From: a virus
Lineage: Duplodnaviria > Caudoviricetes
Direction: 5' to 3' (one strand)
DNA: 44,175 nucleotides
IMG/VR virus record: IMGVR_UViG_3300032373_001178
Coordinates: 1 to 44,175 of that record
Under the pieces are notes generated by a model. The model was not told where the DNA came from. It did not search any database and saw only the letters and a program-made list of their open reading frames with translations. Position numbers and translations under genes: made by a program. Below are positions 24,938 through 34,956 of this stretch, piece after piece (the stretch's first letter is position 1; every line of letters starts with the position of its first letter).

Positions 24938-26707
24938 ATGGCAAAAAACCAAGGCACATACGTTTTAGCAACCATTGTCACACCAGACGACCAGGACACC
25001 TATGCCACCCACGATGCCAACACGGGTAAAGGCGGGTTACACTACAAAAAGACGGTTCAGGACATGCTCAATATTGACGTTGAGAAGCGTGAGGCTGGAA
25101 TGGAATGTCGTGTTACTGCTGACCCTGACTCCTCAAAGAATGGCAAGTACCTTTTGCTAAATGACCTTTTGATGTGGGAGAAGGAAAAATTCGGTGACGA
25201 GTTATTACTGGCTCCCCCGGATGATGGTTGGGGGAATGGCTCCTCGACAACCCATATGCTCACAGGGGTAGCAACAGGAGATTCCAAAGAAAAATACATT
25301 GACAAAATTCTGACCTATTTCGATGCCACGGCAAAGCCCCCGCCTCCTGCAATTGGTTCATTAAACATAGTAATACCAAGTGTCTGGACAGCAAACGCCC
25401 AAGGTCAAAGCTCGTTAACTTCTGTCAGTAACGTACAAGCGTCAACCCAGCCAACCGGAACGCTTTCGGCAAAATTCGGCAATTCCAATACAGGGTTGGT
25501 AACAGCTTTTGTTGATACAGTGGATGAAGGTTCTCTCGACCTCACCGCTGGCAATCCTGGAGACGATGACGGGGTGTACGGTTCCTTGACCTTATCAGGA
25601 GAAGAAATATTCAATGACGTTTACCAGCAAATTCTAGCATCCGTCCAATCAGCATCCTCATTGGTGCTAAACAACACCCCACACGTCTACCGCATTGATC
25701 ATGGGTTAGATGCAACTGAAATAACATTTTTTGTAGACGACCCCGCGACACCTGCTTTATCCTCCATACTACTGGAAGCTACGCATTTATCATCACCGAG
25801 GTACGTTTCTGGTGTACCGGGCATGGAAGTTGGGGACCATTTATTGTCCTCCTTTGTCGTTGAAAACGCTGTGAGCTGGTTCTACAACCTAACCGCAATT
25901 GCTGCTATCGAATCGGCATATTCGGCTAATCTCCAAATAGCTCCTCCAGCCGGACTTAACCGTAACAATAACATTCCACAAGTCTCGATACCAACATCGG
26001 TAAAAGCCAATGTATATACAGAAAATGCAAGCGTCACAATCCGAGGGTACAACTCCAGAGCATTGACTGGAGCGGCTATCGCAGGGGACACAAAATCAAT
26101 CGCAGGAACTGGCACTACCGGACCAATTCGAATTGACACAATTAGTGAAGAATCAATCTGTGTCGCAGCGGGGAGCGGTAAATTTCCAACGGTCGGTTCT
26201 GGAGCAAATGAGTGCGGAGGAGTGATTGATTCCACCGCTGACTTGAATACTACAGGAAATGAAGAACTACAAATGCTCAATGGAGACATAGGCTATCCTT
26301 CTGGAGACTATTCTGGCAATTTCCCTACCCCCGGACCAAACTACACCAGTGTACCCTCCGGGAGTTTTAACAATTTAAGGTGGAAAGCTTTTTCACTTGG
26401 CAACATTGCAAACCTCAACTCGGTGACTGTCCGAATTAACGGATCTGACAACTTTGCTGGAAGTCCCATAGAAAGCGGAATATCCCTTTATGTCCAGGTG
26501 GTCGGTAGTACAGGATGGTTAGACGCAAATTCGGCTTACCCTGGAGTTGGCAATCCAGTTGCCAATGGAGACCCGGCTTTAGATGTTGCCAGCTCCACCA
26601 CGACCAACCGCAGAATTACATTTGGAACACAACCTCAATCAGGATTAGTGCTCGTCCGGTTGGGGCTTCCATCCGGTTCCAACAAATCATTTAAAAGCAT
26701 TACCTGA
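24938..26707 (+). CDS. Putative tail/fibre-associated structural protein
   Basis: 589 aa, G/S/T/N-rich and beta-like, in the tail module. Confidence 0.6.
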   Translation: MAKNQGTYVLATIVTPDDQDTYATHDANTGKGGLHYKKTVQDMLNIDVEKREAGMECRVTADPDSSKNGKYLLLNDLLMWEKEKFGDELLLAPPDDGWGNGSSTTHMLTGVATGDSKEKYIDKILTYFDATAKPPPPAIGSLNIVIPSVWTANAQGQSSLTSVSNVQASTQPTGTLSAKFGNSNTGLVTAFVDTVDEGSLDLTAGNPGDDDGVYGSLTLSGEEIFNDVYQQILASVQSASSLVLNNTPHVYRIDHGLDATEITFFVDDPATPALSSILLEATHLSSPRYVSGVPGMEVGDHLLSSFVVENAVSWFYNLTAIAAIESAYSANLQIAPPAGLNRNNNIPQVSIPTSVKANVYTENASVTIRGYNSRALTGAAIAGDTKSIAGTGTTGPIRIDTISEESICVAAGSGKFPTVGSGANECGGVIDSTADLNTTGNEELQMLNGDIGYPSGDYSGNFPTPGPNYTSVPSGSFNNLRWKAFSLGNIANLNSVTVRINGSDNFAGSPIESGISLYVQVVGSTGWLDANSAYPGVGNPVANGDPALDVASSTTTNRRITFGTQPQSGLVLVRLGLPSGSNKSFKSIT

Positions 26708-27414
26708 TGCCGACTCCAGAAGAAATAACAAGAATCGACACAGACATTCTATTCAAGGAGCTGTTAACAGGCAAAGCTTCCTCCAGTCCTGAAACCGCAT
26801 TCTTTGAGGAACTAATTAACTCCAAGAGGTTGATTTTCCCTTCGCAAATAATCGCAAGTGAAAGCCAAATACCTGCAACTGCACAAGCTGTACCTGGAGT
26901 GATTGAAGAAATCACAGACCTCGAAATGTTGCACATTCCGGGAGCTAATTCGACCGGATTTTATCACCCAAATCTAGCGGGAATAATACCATTCACATTC
27001 GGTGATGGAACGTCCTATTTGTACCAATTTAAACGCCAGGACGATTCGATTATCCCCGCTGGCCTAAACGGGTTGTTCTTCAACCCAAATGCCGGGGTAG
27101 TTTATTTCCGCTATGGCTTTCCGTCAGGGGTTTCGGCAAGTCAACCTATTAAATTTAGTGGATACAGATACATTGGGCCAACTGGAATTCCATCGGGCAG
27201 CAGCGCCTTCCAGGAAGATAGATTTACGCCAACTCCAGGACAATCGATTTTTCAGCTAAACAGCACTCCATTTAAAATAAAATTGGCCGCAATTGGCCCA
27301 TTGGTGCAAGTGGAAGGAATAGACTTTCAAATCACGGATGATCAATTCACTTGGCTTGACAGCAACGTGATATTGGACAGTTCCGATTTATTAATAGTCC
27401 AGTACTACATCTAA
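26707..27414 (+). CDS. Putative tail-associated protein
   Basis: 235 aa, coupled to the upstream gene; GYRYIG motif. Confidence 0.6.
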   Translation: MPTPEEITRIDTDILFKELLTGKASSSPETAFFEELINSKRLIFPSQIIASESQIPATAQAVPGVIEEITDLEMLHIPGANSTGFYHPNLAGIIPFTFGDGTSYLYQFKRQDDSIIPAGLNGLFFNPNAGVVYFRYGFPSGVSASQPIKFSGYRYIGPTGIPSGSSAFQEDRFTPTPGQSIFQLNSTPFKIKLAAIGPLVQVEGIDFQITDDQFTWLDSNVILDSSDLLIVQYYI

Positions 27415-27531
27415 CCAGAAATTATGCAGCTTAACAACAGCCCTTAATCAAAAAAAAGAACCCCGAAGCGGCAACTCCAGGGTTCTGAAAGAACAAAATC
27501 GAGTTAACAATTTCATTCAATCAACCAAATT

Positions 27532-28491
27532 ATGAGTCGAATTAAGAACAAATTTATCGAAGTCACAACTGACTTCGATTTAGCAAACAACAAACTCACC
27601 AACCTAGCAGCTCCGGTCAACCCAAGCGATGCTGTGGATTTGGCAACACTAGATGCACGAGTACAGGGGTTCAGCCAAAAGGAGCCTTGTCTATACAAAA
27701 CCACGAGTGACTTTGGCGATTTCAACCTAGCCGGGGACGTTCAAGCTGCGCTGGACAGGCTTGGAGGTGTTGATCCTATCCTGGTCTCTGGTGATCGCGT
27801 TCTAGTCACTGAACAACCTGATCCTATCGAAAATGGAATTTACGAATGGACTGGTACGGCATTAGTCCGCGCAGCCGATGCAAACGATAGTGGCGACCTA
27901 AAGGGTGGTTCCGCAGTGTTCGTAACAGCAGGCGATACTATGGCGGACAAAGGATTTGTACTCACCGATCCCAATCGAGATGTAAACATAGGAACGGACG
28001 AAATTTACTGGGCGCAATATACCGCTTTTGCACAAATAGGTGCTGGTAATGGGCTGACCAATAACGGGGGCAACCTAGATGTCAATGTCGCGGCAACCGG
28101 AGGGTTGGAAATTCAATCTGACAATGTGCAGGTAAAGTTGGATGGCGATAGCCTAGCAACTGGAAGTTCAGGATTAAAGGCCGCAGTTCCTACCACCCAG
28201 GACAAGGCCCGAAACCCAACTGCGAATATCTCGGCAAACTTTGGAGATACAGGTCTTGTCATTTCGAACACCCCAGCGGGTGACGGCTATGTCGGAGTAG
28301 TTGTCAGTGGAGTACCACAGGTGCTTCTCGGAAACCGAAATGGAGATGCCTACTTTTCCATTGATGGAGGCACTACCGCCCGTGCTCTAGCAGACATCAC
28401 CGCAGGAGACCCGCTATATTTCAACGCTACCATTGCAGGGTTCAGCCTAGAAACTTCCGATTGGGTTGACCTCCACTACAACGCGGTTTAA
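27532..28491 (+). CDS. Putative fibre/decoration protein
   Basis: LTNLAAPVNPSDAV stalk-like motif, GDRVLV..Q....ENGIY, AGNGLT repeat-type motif. Confidence 0.65.
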   Translation: MSRIKNKFIEVTTDFDLANNKLTNLAAPVNPSDAVDLATLDARVQGFSQKEPCLYKTTSDFGDFNLAGDVQAALDRLGGVDPILVSGDRVLVTEQPDPIENGIYEWTGTALVRAADANDSGDLKGGSAVFVTAGDTMADKGFVLTDPNRDVNIGTDEIYWAQYTAFAQIGAGNGLTNNGGNLDVNVAATGGLEIQSDNVQVKLDGDSLATGSSGLKAAVPTTQDKARNPTANISANFGDTGLVISNTPAGDGYVGVVVSGVPQVLLGNRNGDAYFSIDGGTTARALADITAGDPLYFNATIAGFSLETSDWVDLHYNAV

Positions 28492-28506
28492 TCTTCTTCT
28501 AAACAT

Positions 28507-28526
28507 GCTACCCCTTCGGGGGTGGC
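28507..28526 (+). other. C(UUCG)G tetraloop hairpin
   Basis: GCTACCCC-TTCG-GGGGTGGC between two fibre genes. Confidence 0.6.
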
Positions 28527-28540
28527 TGTAAAACCAAACC

Positions 28541-29002
28541 ATGACTTTAATTCCAAGCAAATTATTAGAAGGAGGTGGCTCTATATACCAGGAGGGCACA
28601 GGGGCAGATTCGGTTATTCCGATCCAAGGTGGTCATGACGCAGAAGCCGACTCATCCTTAATTACTGGCGGCACTGGAAACTACATTGACCCAAGTGGTG
28701 AAGGCTCCTTTATTGCCGCAGGTGTTAGCAACGTGGTAGCGGCTGCAAACTGCTTTGTATTAGGAAGCGGCATAACCGCAGAAAGTGACAATACTACGTA
28801 TGTCGAAAACCTTCAATCCGCAGGTAAAGCTTCGTTAGCTAATGGCACGAACGCGGTTCTAAACATTCCTGTTCTAAGTTCCGATCCAGGCTCACCCGCA
28901 ACAGGGGACATTTGGGCTGTTACCAACGGTCCCGCTATCAGTTTAAAAATACACAATTCAGGTACAACCTATTCTGTGGACCTAACCGCTGGAGGGGGAT
29001 GA
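28541..29002 (+). CDS. Putative small fibre protein
   Basis: 153 aa; S.I.GG.GN beta-roll-like repeats and P.SPATGDIW. Confidence 0.6.
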   Translation: MTLIPSKLLEGGGSIYQEGTGADSVIPIQGGHDAEADSSLITGGTGNYIDPSGEGSFIAAGVSNVVAAANCFVLGSGITAESDNTTYVENLQSAGKASLANGTNAVLNIPVLSSDPGSPATGDIWAVTNGPAISLKIHNSGTTYSVDLTAGGG

Positions 29003-32000
29003 GTAGTCAACTAGATAAAATACATTTTGTTGGTCTGGACAGCGACACGGAAGATCACTTCCTCCCCGCTGGACACTTCCGACATGCGCTAAACTGTAAT
29101 GTGGGAAGCAGCGAAGAGAGCAATGTTGGTTCCGTTGAAAACGCTGCCGGAAACGAGCTGGTGTCATTTGCACTTCCCGCAGGTGATAACCGCTGCATAG
29201 GAACCTATGAGGACGAGGTGGGCGACTCTACTGTCTACTTCGTATGGAACTCAAATGGCTACCATTCTATTTTACGCTATTTCGCCAGGACCAACTTCAT
29301 TCGAAGGGTAGTCCAATCTGTTCTACTCGAATTTGATAAGGACCATTTAATTACTGGTGTTGATTATGAAGATGATTTGCAATACTGGACAGATGGCCAA
29401 ACAGAACAGCGAAAAATCAACATCGAACGCGCTGCCCATGACAAAGAGTTGCAAGCACACCTATACTTTCAATTAGCCCCTCCAACTGGAACGGATTATA
29501 CACTTGCCATATATTCTGACACAGGCACACAGCTCATTGACCAAATTGTTTATACCTCCACCGTAGCTGCTACTTCTACTTCGGGTATCGCCTCTTTGAT
29601 AGCTTCGGGAATAAACGCCCATGCTCTTTCCCCTGGTATTTTCGAGGCAACAGCACAACACAATTTCATTGAACTAAACTTTAAAATTCCAGATTATTTT
29701 GACATTGCATTCTACGCAACGTCAGGCACAAGGGCAATGGCTGTCTACCACAATATGTACCCTGAACCTCTGCGAAGAAATTACCTGGACCTTATCAAAT
29801 CCCCTCCGGTATTTCCACCTAAAACCTCCTTCCAATCAATTGTGCCAAACAGGTTTTTTAACACCATTAAACTCCGGCTCTTTCAGTTCCGCTACCGCTA
29901 CATTTTTGACGATGGGGAAAGGTCTGTCCTATCCCCTATCAGCAAACTACCGCGCTCAACAGGGTCGGACCAATTTTTCACACCAGCGCAGAATGTATAC
30001 ATCGAAGTGAACTATGGCGATTTACGGGTGAGGCAAGCTGCGGAATTAGCAACCATCGAGTACGTTGAGCTTTACGTTCGTGAGGGAAACCTGGGGGACT
30101 GGAAGCATGTCACCACATTGGACCGACCTACAATGGTCCAATACGATTTCAAATATCAGTTCACAAATGAAGCAGAATATCCGGTTGCTGCCAATGTGGA
30201 TTCGGACAAGCCCTTTGATACAATTCCATTGTTATCAAATGCTCTGGCAATTATGAATAACCGACTGTTCCTAGATGCTAAACTGGAGGGATATGACCCA
30301 ATTATTCCAAACGCAGAGCTGATTATCGGAGTAGGTCCAGACTATCTAACTATTCCAGGATTGCCATTTGTCGAAGGCGGGTATAAGCGCTCAGGAAGCT
30401 ACAAAAAAGGGTTGGTCTATTTCGACCGTGCTAATAGAAGCAACTCGGTTTGCACAAATTCTGAAATGGAACTTATTATACCCGGCTATGCCGACTATCT
30501 GGATGGATGGCCAAACGTATACCCCTTTTACCCTGGTGGCCCCAATATTCTCAGGCATGGCCGTGTTACTGTTGAGTGGAAAATTCATCACGTACCGCCA
30601 CTTTGGGCAACCCACTACCAATGGGTAATGACCAGGGACAGTGTTCACAATGACTACATCCAAGCTACTGTATTATCAAGAACCGATATTAAAGGTGACG
30701 GGACTCCGGGAACACCTGCCATATTTTGGGACTTAAACTTCTCCCATTGGGCCAGTAATAACGGTGCAATTTTTAATCATGGTTGGTTGGTTGAACCCGG
30801 TGATAAAATTCGCTACCTGCAAACTTCTTCTGGTGGAGGAACCCCAACGCCAATTACAGCACAACCACCCTTGGAAGGCAATGTCGTGAGCCAGGACGGT
30901 GACAATATTCGAGTTGAAGCATTTGCCTCTCCACCCTACTCCAACTTTGGCGTTGGGGGTACGCTTGTGGAAATTTACCGACCTGGAAAAGGGACAGAAG
31001 TTCCCATCTACTATGAGATTGGGGAGTGCTACGAAGTCCTTAACCCTGGAACAAGCAACAGACTCCACCAAGGACAGTTCACGGACCAAACGATTAACTC
31101 ACCAGCAACGGGCGAATTTCTATTGGGTGACACCTATCGCAGGATTAGACCAATGCTCATTGCCGGAAACCTATTCTCCCACTTGGTTGAATCACCAATG
31201 CCGTTAGACATTCGCCACGCGAATTTTTCAACAAGTTCCTACGACTTTGGACGAGCGAATGTTGTAAGCTATGAAACCGGACAGGCCAAACGTGGTCATA
31301 CGGTACGCATTTCCAACCCCCGGTTTGAAGGAACCAGCATAAATGGGTTTTCAACTTTTGATTCTCTTGACGCGAAAGACCTGGAAACAAATTATGGTGA
31401 CGTAATGAAGTTGGCGAGGGTAGACAACATATTGTTGTCAATCCACACCAGGGAGGCAGTTAGTCTATACATAGAAGAGAATATCTATACCGATGTAAAC
31501 GGTCAAGCTACGGTAACAATTTCTGATAGAATTATTGGCACTGACCGAGTACTGAGAGGAGGATTTGGAACGGAAAATCCCGAAAGTTTCACAATTCAGG
31601 ATAGTCGCGCTTATTGGTTCTCCACGAATAAAGGGCAAATGATTCGGTATGGCGGTGACGGATTGACACCAATATCCGAATACCTGATGAAACGCTATTT
31701 CCATACCAAGGGACAGCAACTAATGGAACACGGTGGGCATGTCTGGACGAGCTATGATGTTGATCATGGAAAATTAATAGTGGCCTTTTCTAAAATCGAG
31801 GCTCCTGATCCCAATACACCGTCAACAGAGCAAAACCCATTCCCGACAATTTTAATTAGCGATCCTGAAACATTGGTGTTCGATGAGCGGTCGAACCGTT
31901 GGACATCATACTTCTCATATCATCCGGAGTATTTAAGCAAAATCAACAATGTCGTGGTTTCATTTCTTGATGGCGCACTGTACGTGCATGGTGGCAATAC

Positions 32001-32385
32001 CCTCCGCAACAATTTCTATGGGGTTCAATACACTTCAACAATCACCTCAGTATTCAACGCAATGCCGAGCCTTACCAAAATTTTCAAGGCTCTAAGCGTT
32101 GAGTCCACATCATTGTGGCTGCCAGTGGCAATGAGCACACCAGAGGGGCAGCAATCGCATTTAATACCGGAGGACTTCGAAAACCTCGAAGGGATTTGGT
32201 ATGCGGCCATTCTTATGGATGAACAAACCCCAAACGTTGCTAATCCAATAACACAAGGGGATGTCATGCGAAGCACAGTTTTAAGAATTACCCTGGAGAG
32301 CGATTCCACCAGCGCAACAGTGTTGCACTTTGTAAATGTCGATTTCATCCAATCTAACCTGAGTCATACAGTACCAAATGTTTAA
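28999..32385 (+). CDS. Tail stabilisation/muzzle protein (P22 gp10-like)
   Basis: ATG at 28999 (ATGA overlap); GLDSD....L....R.ALN, YWTDG...RKINI, FRYRY...D.E.S, G..NPES, W.SY.SY.PE, KIFKAL. Confidence 0.75.
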   Translation: MSSQLDKIHFVGLDSDTEDHFLPAGHFRHALNCNVGSSEESNVGSVENAAGNELVSFALPAGDNRCIGTYEDEVGDSTVYFVWNSNGYHSILRYFARTNFIRRVVQSVLLEFDKDHLITGVDYEDDLQYWTDGQTEQRKINIERAAHDKELQAHLYFQLAPPTGTDYTLAIYSDTGTQLIDQIVYTSTVAATSTSGIASLIASGINAHALSPGIFEATAQHNFIELNFKIPDYFDIAFYATSGTRAMAVYHNMYPEPLRRNYLDLIKSPPVFPPKTSFQSIVPNRFFNTIKLRLFQFRYRYIFDDGERSVLSPISKLPRSTGSDQFFTPAQNVYIEVNYGDLRVRQAAELATIEYVELYVREGNLGDWKHVTTLDRPTMVQYDFKYQFTNEAEYPVAANVDSDKPFDTIPLLSNALAIMNNRLFLDAKLEGYDPIIPNAELIIGVGPDYLTIPGLPFVEGGYKRSGSYKKGLVYFDRANRSNSVCTNSEMELIIPGYADYLDGWPNVYPFYPGGPNILRHGRVTVEWKIHHVPPLWATHYQWVMTRDSVHNDYIQATVLSRTDIKGDGTPGTPAIFWDLNFSHWASNNGAIFNHGWLVEPGDKIRYLQTSSGGGTPTPITAQPPLEGNVVSQDGDNIRVEAFASPPYSNFGVGGTLVEIYRPGKGTEVPIYYEIGECYEVLNPGTSNRLHQGQFTDQTINSPATGEFLLGDTYRRIRPMLIAGNLFSHLVESPMPLDIRHANFSTSSYDFGRANVVSYETGQAKRGHTVRISNPRFEGTSINGFSTFDSLDAKDLETNYGDVMKLARVDNILLSIHTREAVSLYIEENIYTDVNGQATVTISDRIIGTDRVLRGGFGTENPESFTIQDSRAYWFSTNKGQMIRYGGDGLTPISEYLMKRYFHTKGQQLMEHGGHVWTSYDVDHGKLIVAFSKIEAPDPNTPSTEQNPFPTILISDPETLVFDERSNRWTSYFSYHPEYLSKINNVVVSFLDGALYVHGGNTLRNNFYGVQYTSTITSVFNAMPSLTKIFKALSVESTSLWLPVAMSTPEGQQSHLIPEDFENLEGIWYAAILMDEQTPNVANPITQGDVMRSTVLRITLESDSTSATVLHFVNVDFIQSNLSHTVPNV

Positions 32386-32403
32386 TCCAAAAATTCACTC
32401 ATC

Positions 32404-33114
32404 ATGGCCATACCAATAGCACTTGCCGCACTTGCCGCAGCCCCTTATGTATACCAAGGGGTTCAAGGAATTCGACAAGGAATAAAAGGCGGAAAAATCA
32501 AACCCAAAAGGCCGGACTACCAAATAGCTCCAGCTATGACCAATAAGGTCGGCATGTACCGAAATCTTGCGGCCAACCCGATGTTACCCGGATTTGGGCG
32601 AATGGCGGACCAACAGAGCCGAGCAACGGCAAGCGGAATAGGCACACTTAGGTCGGCTTCAGGAAGCTCCCAAGACCTTATTGCCGGAGCTTCCGGTATG
32701 GTAGGAAATCAAAATCGCGCACTAGGAGACCTAGCAATTGCTGGAGCGCAAAATCAACAGCGCAATCAACAATTATACGGTCAAAGCCTAAGTGAAATGG
32801 CTCGGTATCAAGACCAAGCATTCAACATTAACAAGATGATGCCATACTTGAATGATGTTCGAGAAAAGGAAGCGCTAATAGCTGCCTCTCAAAGCAACAT
32901 ATATGGCAGTTTGTCAGGACTTGCGGACGTTGGAATGGGAGTAAACAAGGCCGGTGGAATCGGAGGAGGTGGAGGAACCGGGACCGGAGATTTGGCAGGA
33001 ATTGCAAAAATGGGTGGAGCAGCCGGGACCGGTTCGGGAGCCGCTGCTGCCGGGACCGGCACAGGAGCTGCCGCTGCGGGTTCAGGTGCAGCCGCTTTGC
33101 CACTCGCAATATAA
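32404..33114 (+). CDS. Putative ejection/internal virion protein 1
   Basis: 236 aa, A/G/Q-rich, hydrophobic N-terminus, GTGxGAAAA repeats at the C-terminus; follows the muzzle gene. Confidence 0.6.
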   Translation: MAIPIALAALAAAPYVYQGVQGIRQGIKGGKIKPKRPDYQIAPAMTNKVGMYRNLAANPMLPGFGRMADQQSRATASGIGTLRSASGSSQDLIAGASGMVGNQNRALGDLAIAGAQNQQRNQQLYGQSLSEMARYQDQAFNINKMMPYLNDVREKEALIAASQSNIYGSLSGLADVGMGVNKAGGIGGGGGTGTGDLAGIAKMGGAAGTGSGAAAAGTGTGAAAAGSGAAALPLAI

Positions 33115-33120
33115 GACGCT

Positions 33121-34956
33121 ATGAATGTAGACCCAGGAGCAATTAACTATCAACAGGGACTTGGAGGAGCAGTAATACTGCCAACCTTCAATAATTCCGG
33201 TTTGTGGAAAGTCGCAGCTACAGAGCAACAAAAGCAGCAAGACCAAGCTACCGCAAAAGCCGCTGAGGACAAGGCGATAAATGACCTGTTAACAAAGGAT
33301 ATTGACCCACCTGCAAGGAGAGACGTTGAAGCCGTTAGAGGGCAAATCGGAGAAATGGAAACATACATCTCCGATCAACTAGCACAGGAAAGCCGAGACT
33401 TCACCAAAGCTGGTACTCCAGAATGGCGAGAATTACAGGAGTTGCAAAGAAAAACAACCTGGGGCGCGAAAAAGTCCCAAGAAGATGAGGCGTGGCTTAC
33501 GGAAACTGTCAAGCAAATTAAATCAAGCAGCGACCCCTATTTAGACAAGGAGGAAGCCATGAGACAGGTGTTGAGATATTATTATGGAACGGACGGAAAG
33601 AAAAACGTTTTTACGGAAGACTATGGCGAAAGACCTAATTGGCAAGGAGCATTCAATGAAGGTGCCTGGGTAAAGGATTTTGTTGACGGCCTTCCGGAAA
33701 AAGTGTCTGAGCAATTCGAAATCGGAAGCGATGGCCAAGGGACGCTCATCGTGTCAGAAGAAGTGAAAGGGAAGTTTTTTGACCTTGATAAAAATGGAGA
33801 CATTAAAACTGACTCCAAAGGAAAACCCATAATTAATGTCGGACCAGAGTTTACGGAAATGGCCATGCAGGATAGTCGCTTCCGAAGTCACGTAGAAAGA
33901 GAAATGGCCGATCCCTCAAATGCCGGTAAAACTGCCCAACAAATTGTAGAAGAAAAACTCAGAAGTCACGGTCAACTAAATATTAAGTCCAGCGCAAAGG
34001 GCGGTCACCGATACCCAAGCAAATCGGGGTCAGGGAAGAATAAAACATCTAGTGAGGACAACGTACTTACAGAAATGTCCAAGCTGCTGCAGCACGACTT
34101 TGGGAAGCTTAAAACAGGGACAGACGAAAGCGTTACACTTCCTGACGGTACTCAGAAAATTCTACGAAAAGTACCAAGCTTGTTTGACCTCAAAAAGATG
34201 GGAACTAACGAGTTGGGCGACAAGGTTACGATAGACGGCATCTATATAGACCCTGGACAAAAAGAAGGCTTTTTCATTCAGGATAGCGATGGAAATGTAC
34301 AAGAATTTGATTCCAGCAACGCCTATGATCTCTTATCGGTCCTGACCGAAAATACCGGGGAATACAATCGTACACAGATAGACAGGATACTTGGAGAGAA
34401 AGACGGCTATCAAAATGGGGTATTCCAACCCAATAAGTTCTACAAAAGTGATGTAGGTGACAAGCAAACAGTTGTTGAACAAGAATCCGGGTATCAACAG
34501 TTGGTTCAGATTAAACAAGACAAAGCCATCGAAATTTTGGATCAGCTGGAAGATACGGGAGCATTCGAATGGATCGGCAACAAGGTCTTTGGATGGGCAG
34601 GTGTGGAAAACCTCAATCAGAAGTTTGCCGTGCGCCTGGAGAAAGAAGTACTCAATGATGTCGGGCTAATAATAGACGGCAAAAAATATCCAAACCTGGG
34701 TATTGAAGTTAGTTCCAGTGGAGCCTTCACACTCAAAAACAAAGACAATGGTGAAGTGATAGAGGAAAGCCTTTCTGAGGATCAGCTAAAGACACTATTC
34801 AGAACCTCCAAGATAATCCCCAAAAGGGCATATCTGGACGGGGAACAGGCCAAGGCTGCGAAAAAAGAGGAATCAGAAGATGAGCAGGAAAACAAAAAGT
34901 CTGCCGAACAGGAGGAAAACAACAAAGGTATCAACTACGGTGAATTGATTTACTAA
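33121..34956 (+). CDS. Putative ejection/internal virion protein 2
   Basis: 611-aa charged protein between the small and giant internal proteins. Confidence 0.55.
   Translation: MNVDPGAINYQQGLGGAVILPTFNNSGLWKVAATEQQKQQDQATAKAAEDKAINDLLTKDIDPPARRDVEAVRGQIGEMETYISDQLAQESRDFTKAGTPEWRELQELQRKTTWGAKKSQEDEAWLTETVKQIKSSSDPYLDKEEAMRQVLRYYYGTDGKKNVFTEDYGERPNWQGAFNEGAWVKDFVDGLPEKVSEQFEIGSDGQGTLIVSEEVKGKFFDLDKNGDIKTDSKGKPIINVGPEFTEMAMQDSRFRSHVEREMADPSNAGKTAQQIVEEKLRSHGQLNIKSSAKGGHRYPSKSGSGKNKTSSEDNVLTEMSKLLQHDFGKLKTGTDESVTLPDGTQKILRKVPSLFDLKKMGTNELGDKVTIDGIYIDPGQKEGFFIQDSDGNVQEFDSSNAYDLLSVLTENTGEYNRTQIDRILGEKDGYQNGVFQPNKFYKSDVGDKQTVVEQESGYQQLVQIKQDKAIEILDQLEDTGAFEWIGNKVFGWAGVENLNQKFAVRLEKEVLNDVGLIIDGKKYPNLGIEVSSSGAFTLKNKDNGEVIEESLSEDQLKTLFRTSKIIPKRAYLDGEQAKAAKKEESEDEQENKKSAEQEENNKGINYGELIY

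Noticed and set aside
27449-27486. Hairpin AGAACCC..GGGTTCT as a plus-strand terminator
   Set aside because: The A-tract precedes the stem, so any U-tail is on the antisense strand. Its function is unclear, so it was not called.
32960-33100. GC-rich repeats as a DNA-level element
   Set aside because: Explained by Gly/Ala/Thr peptide repeats in the encoded protein.
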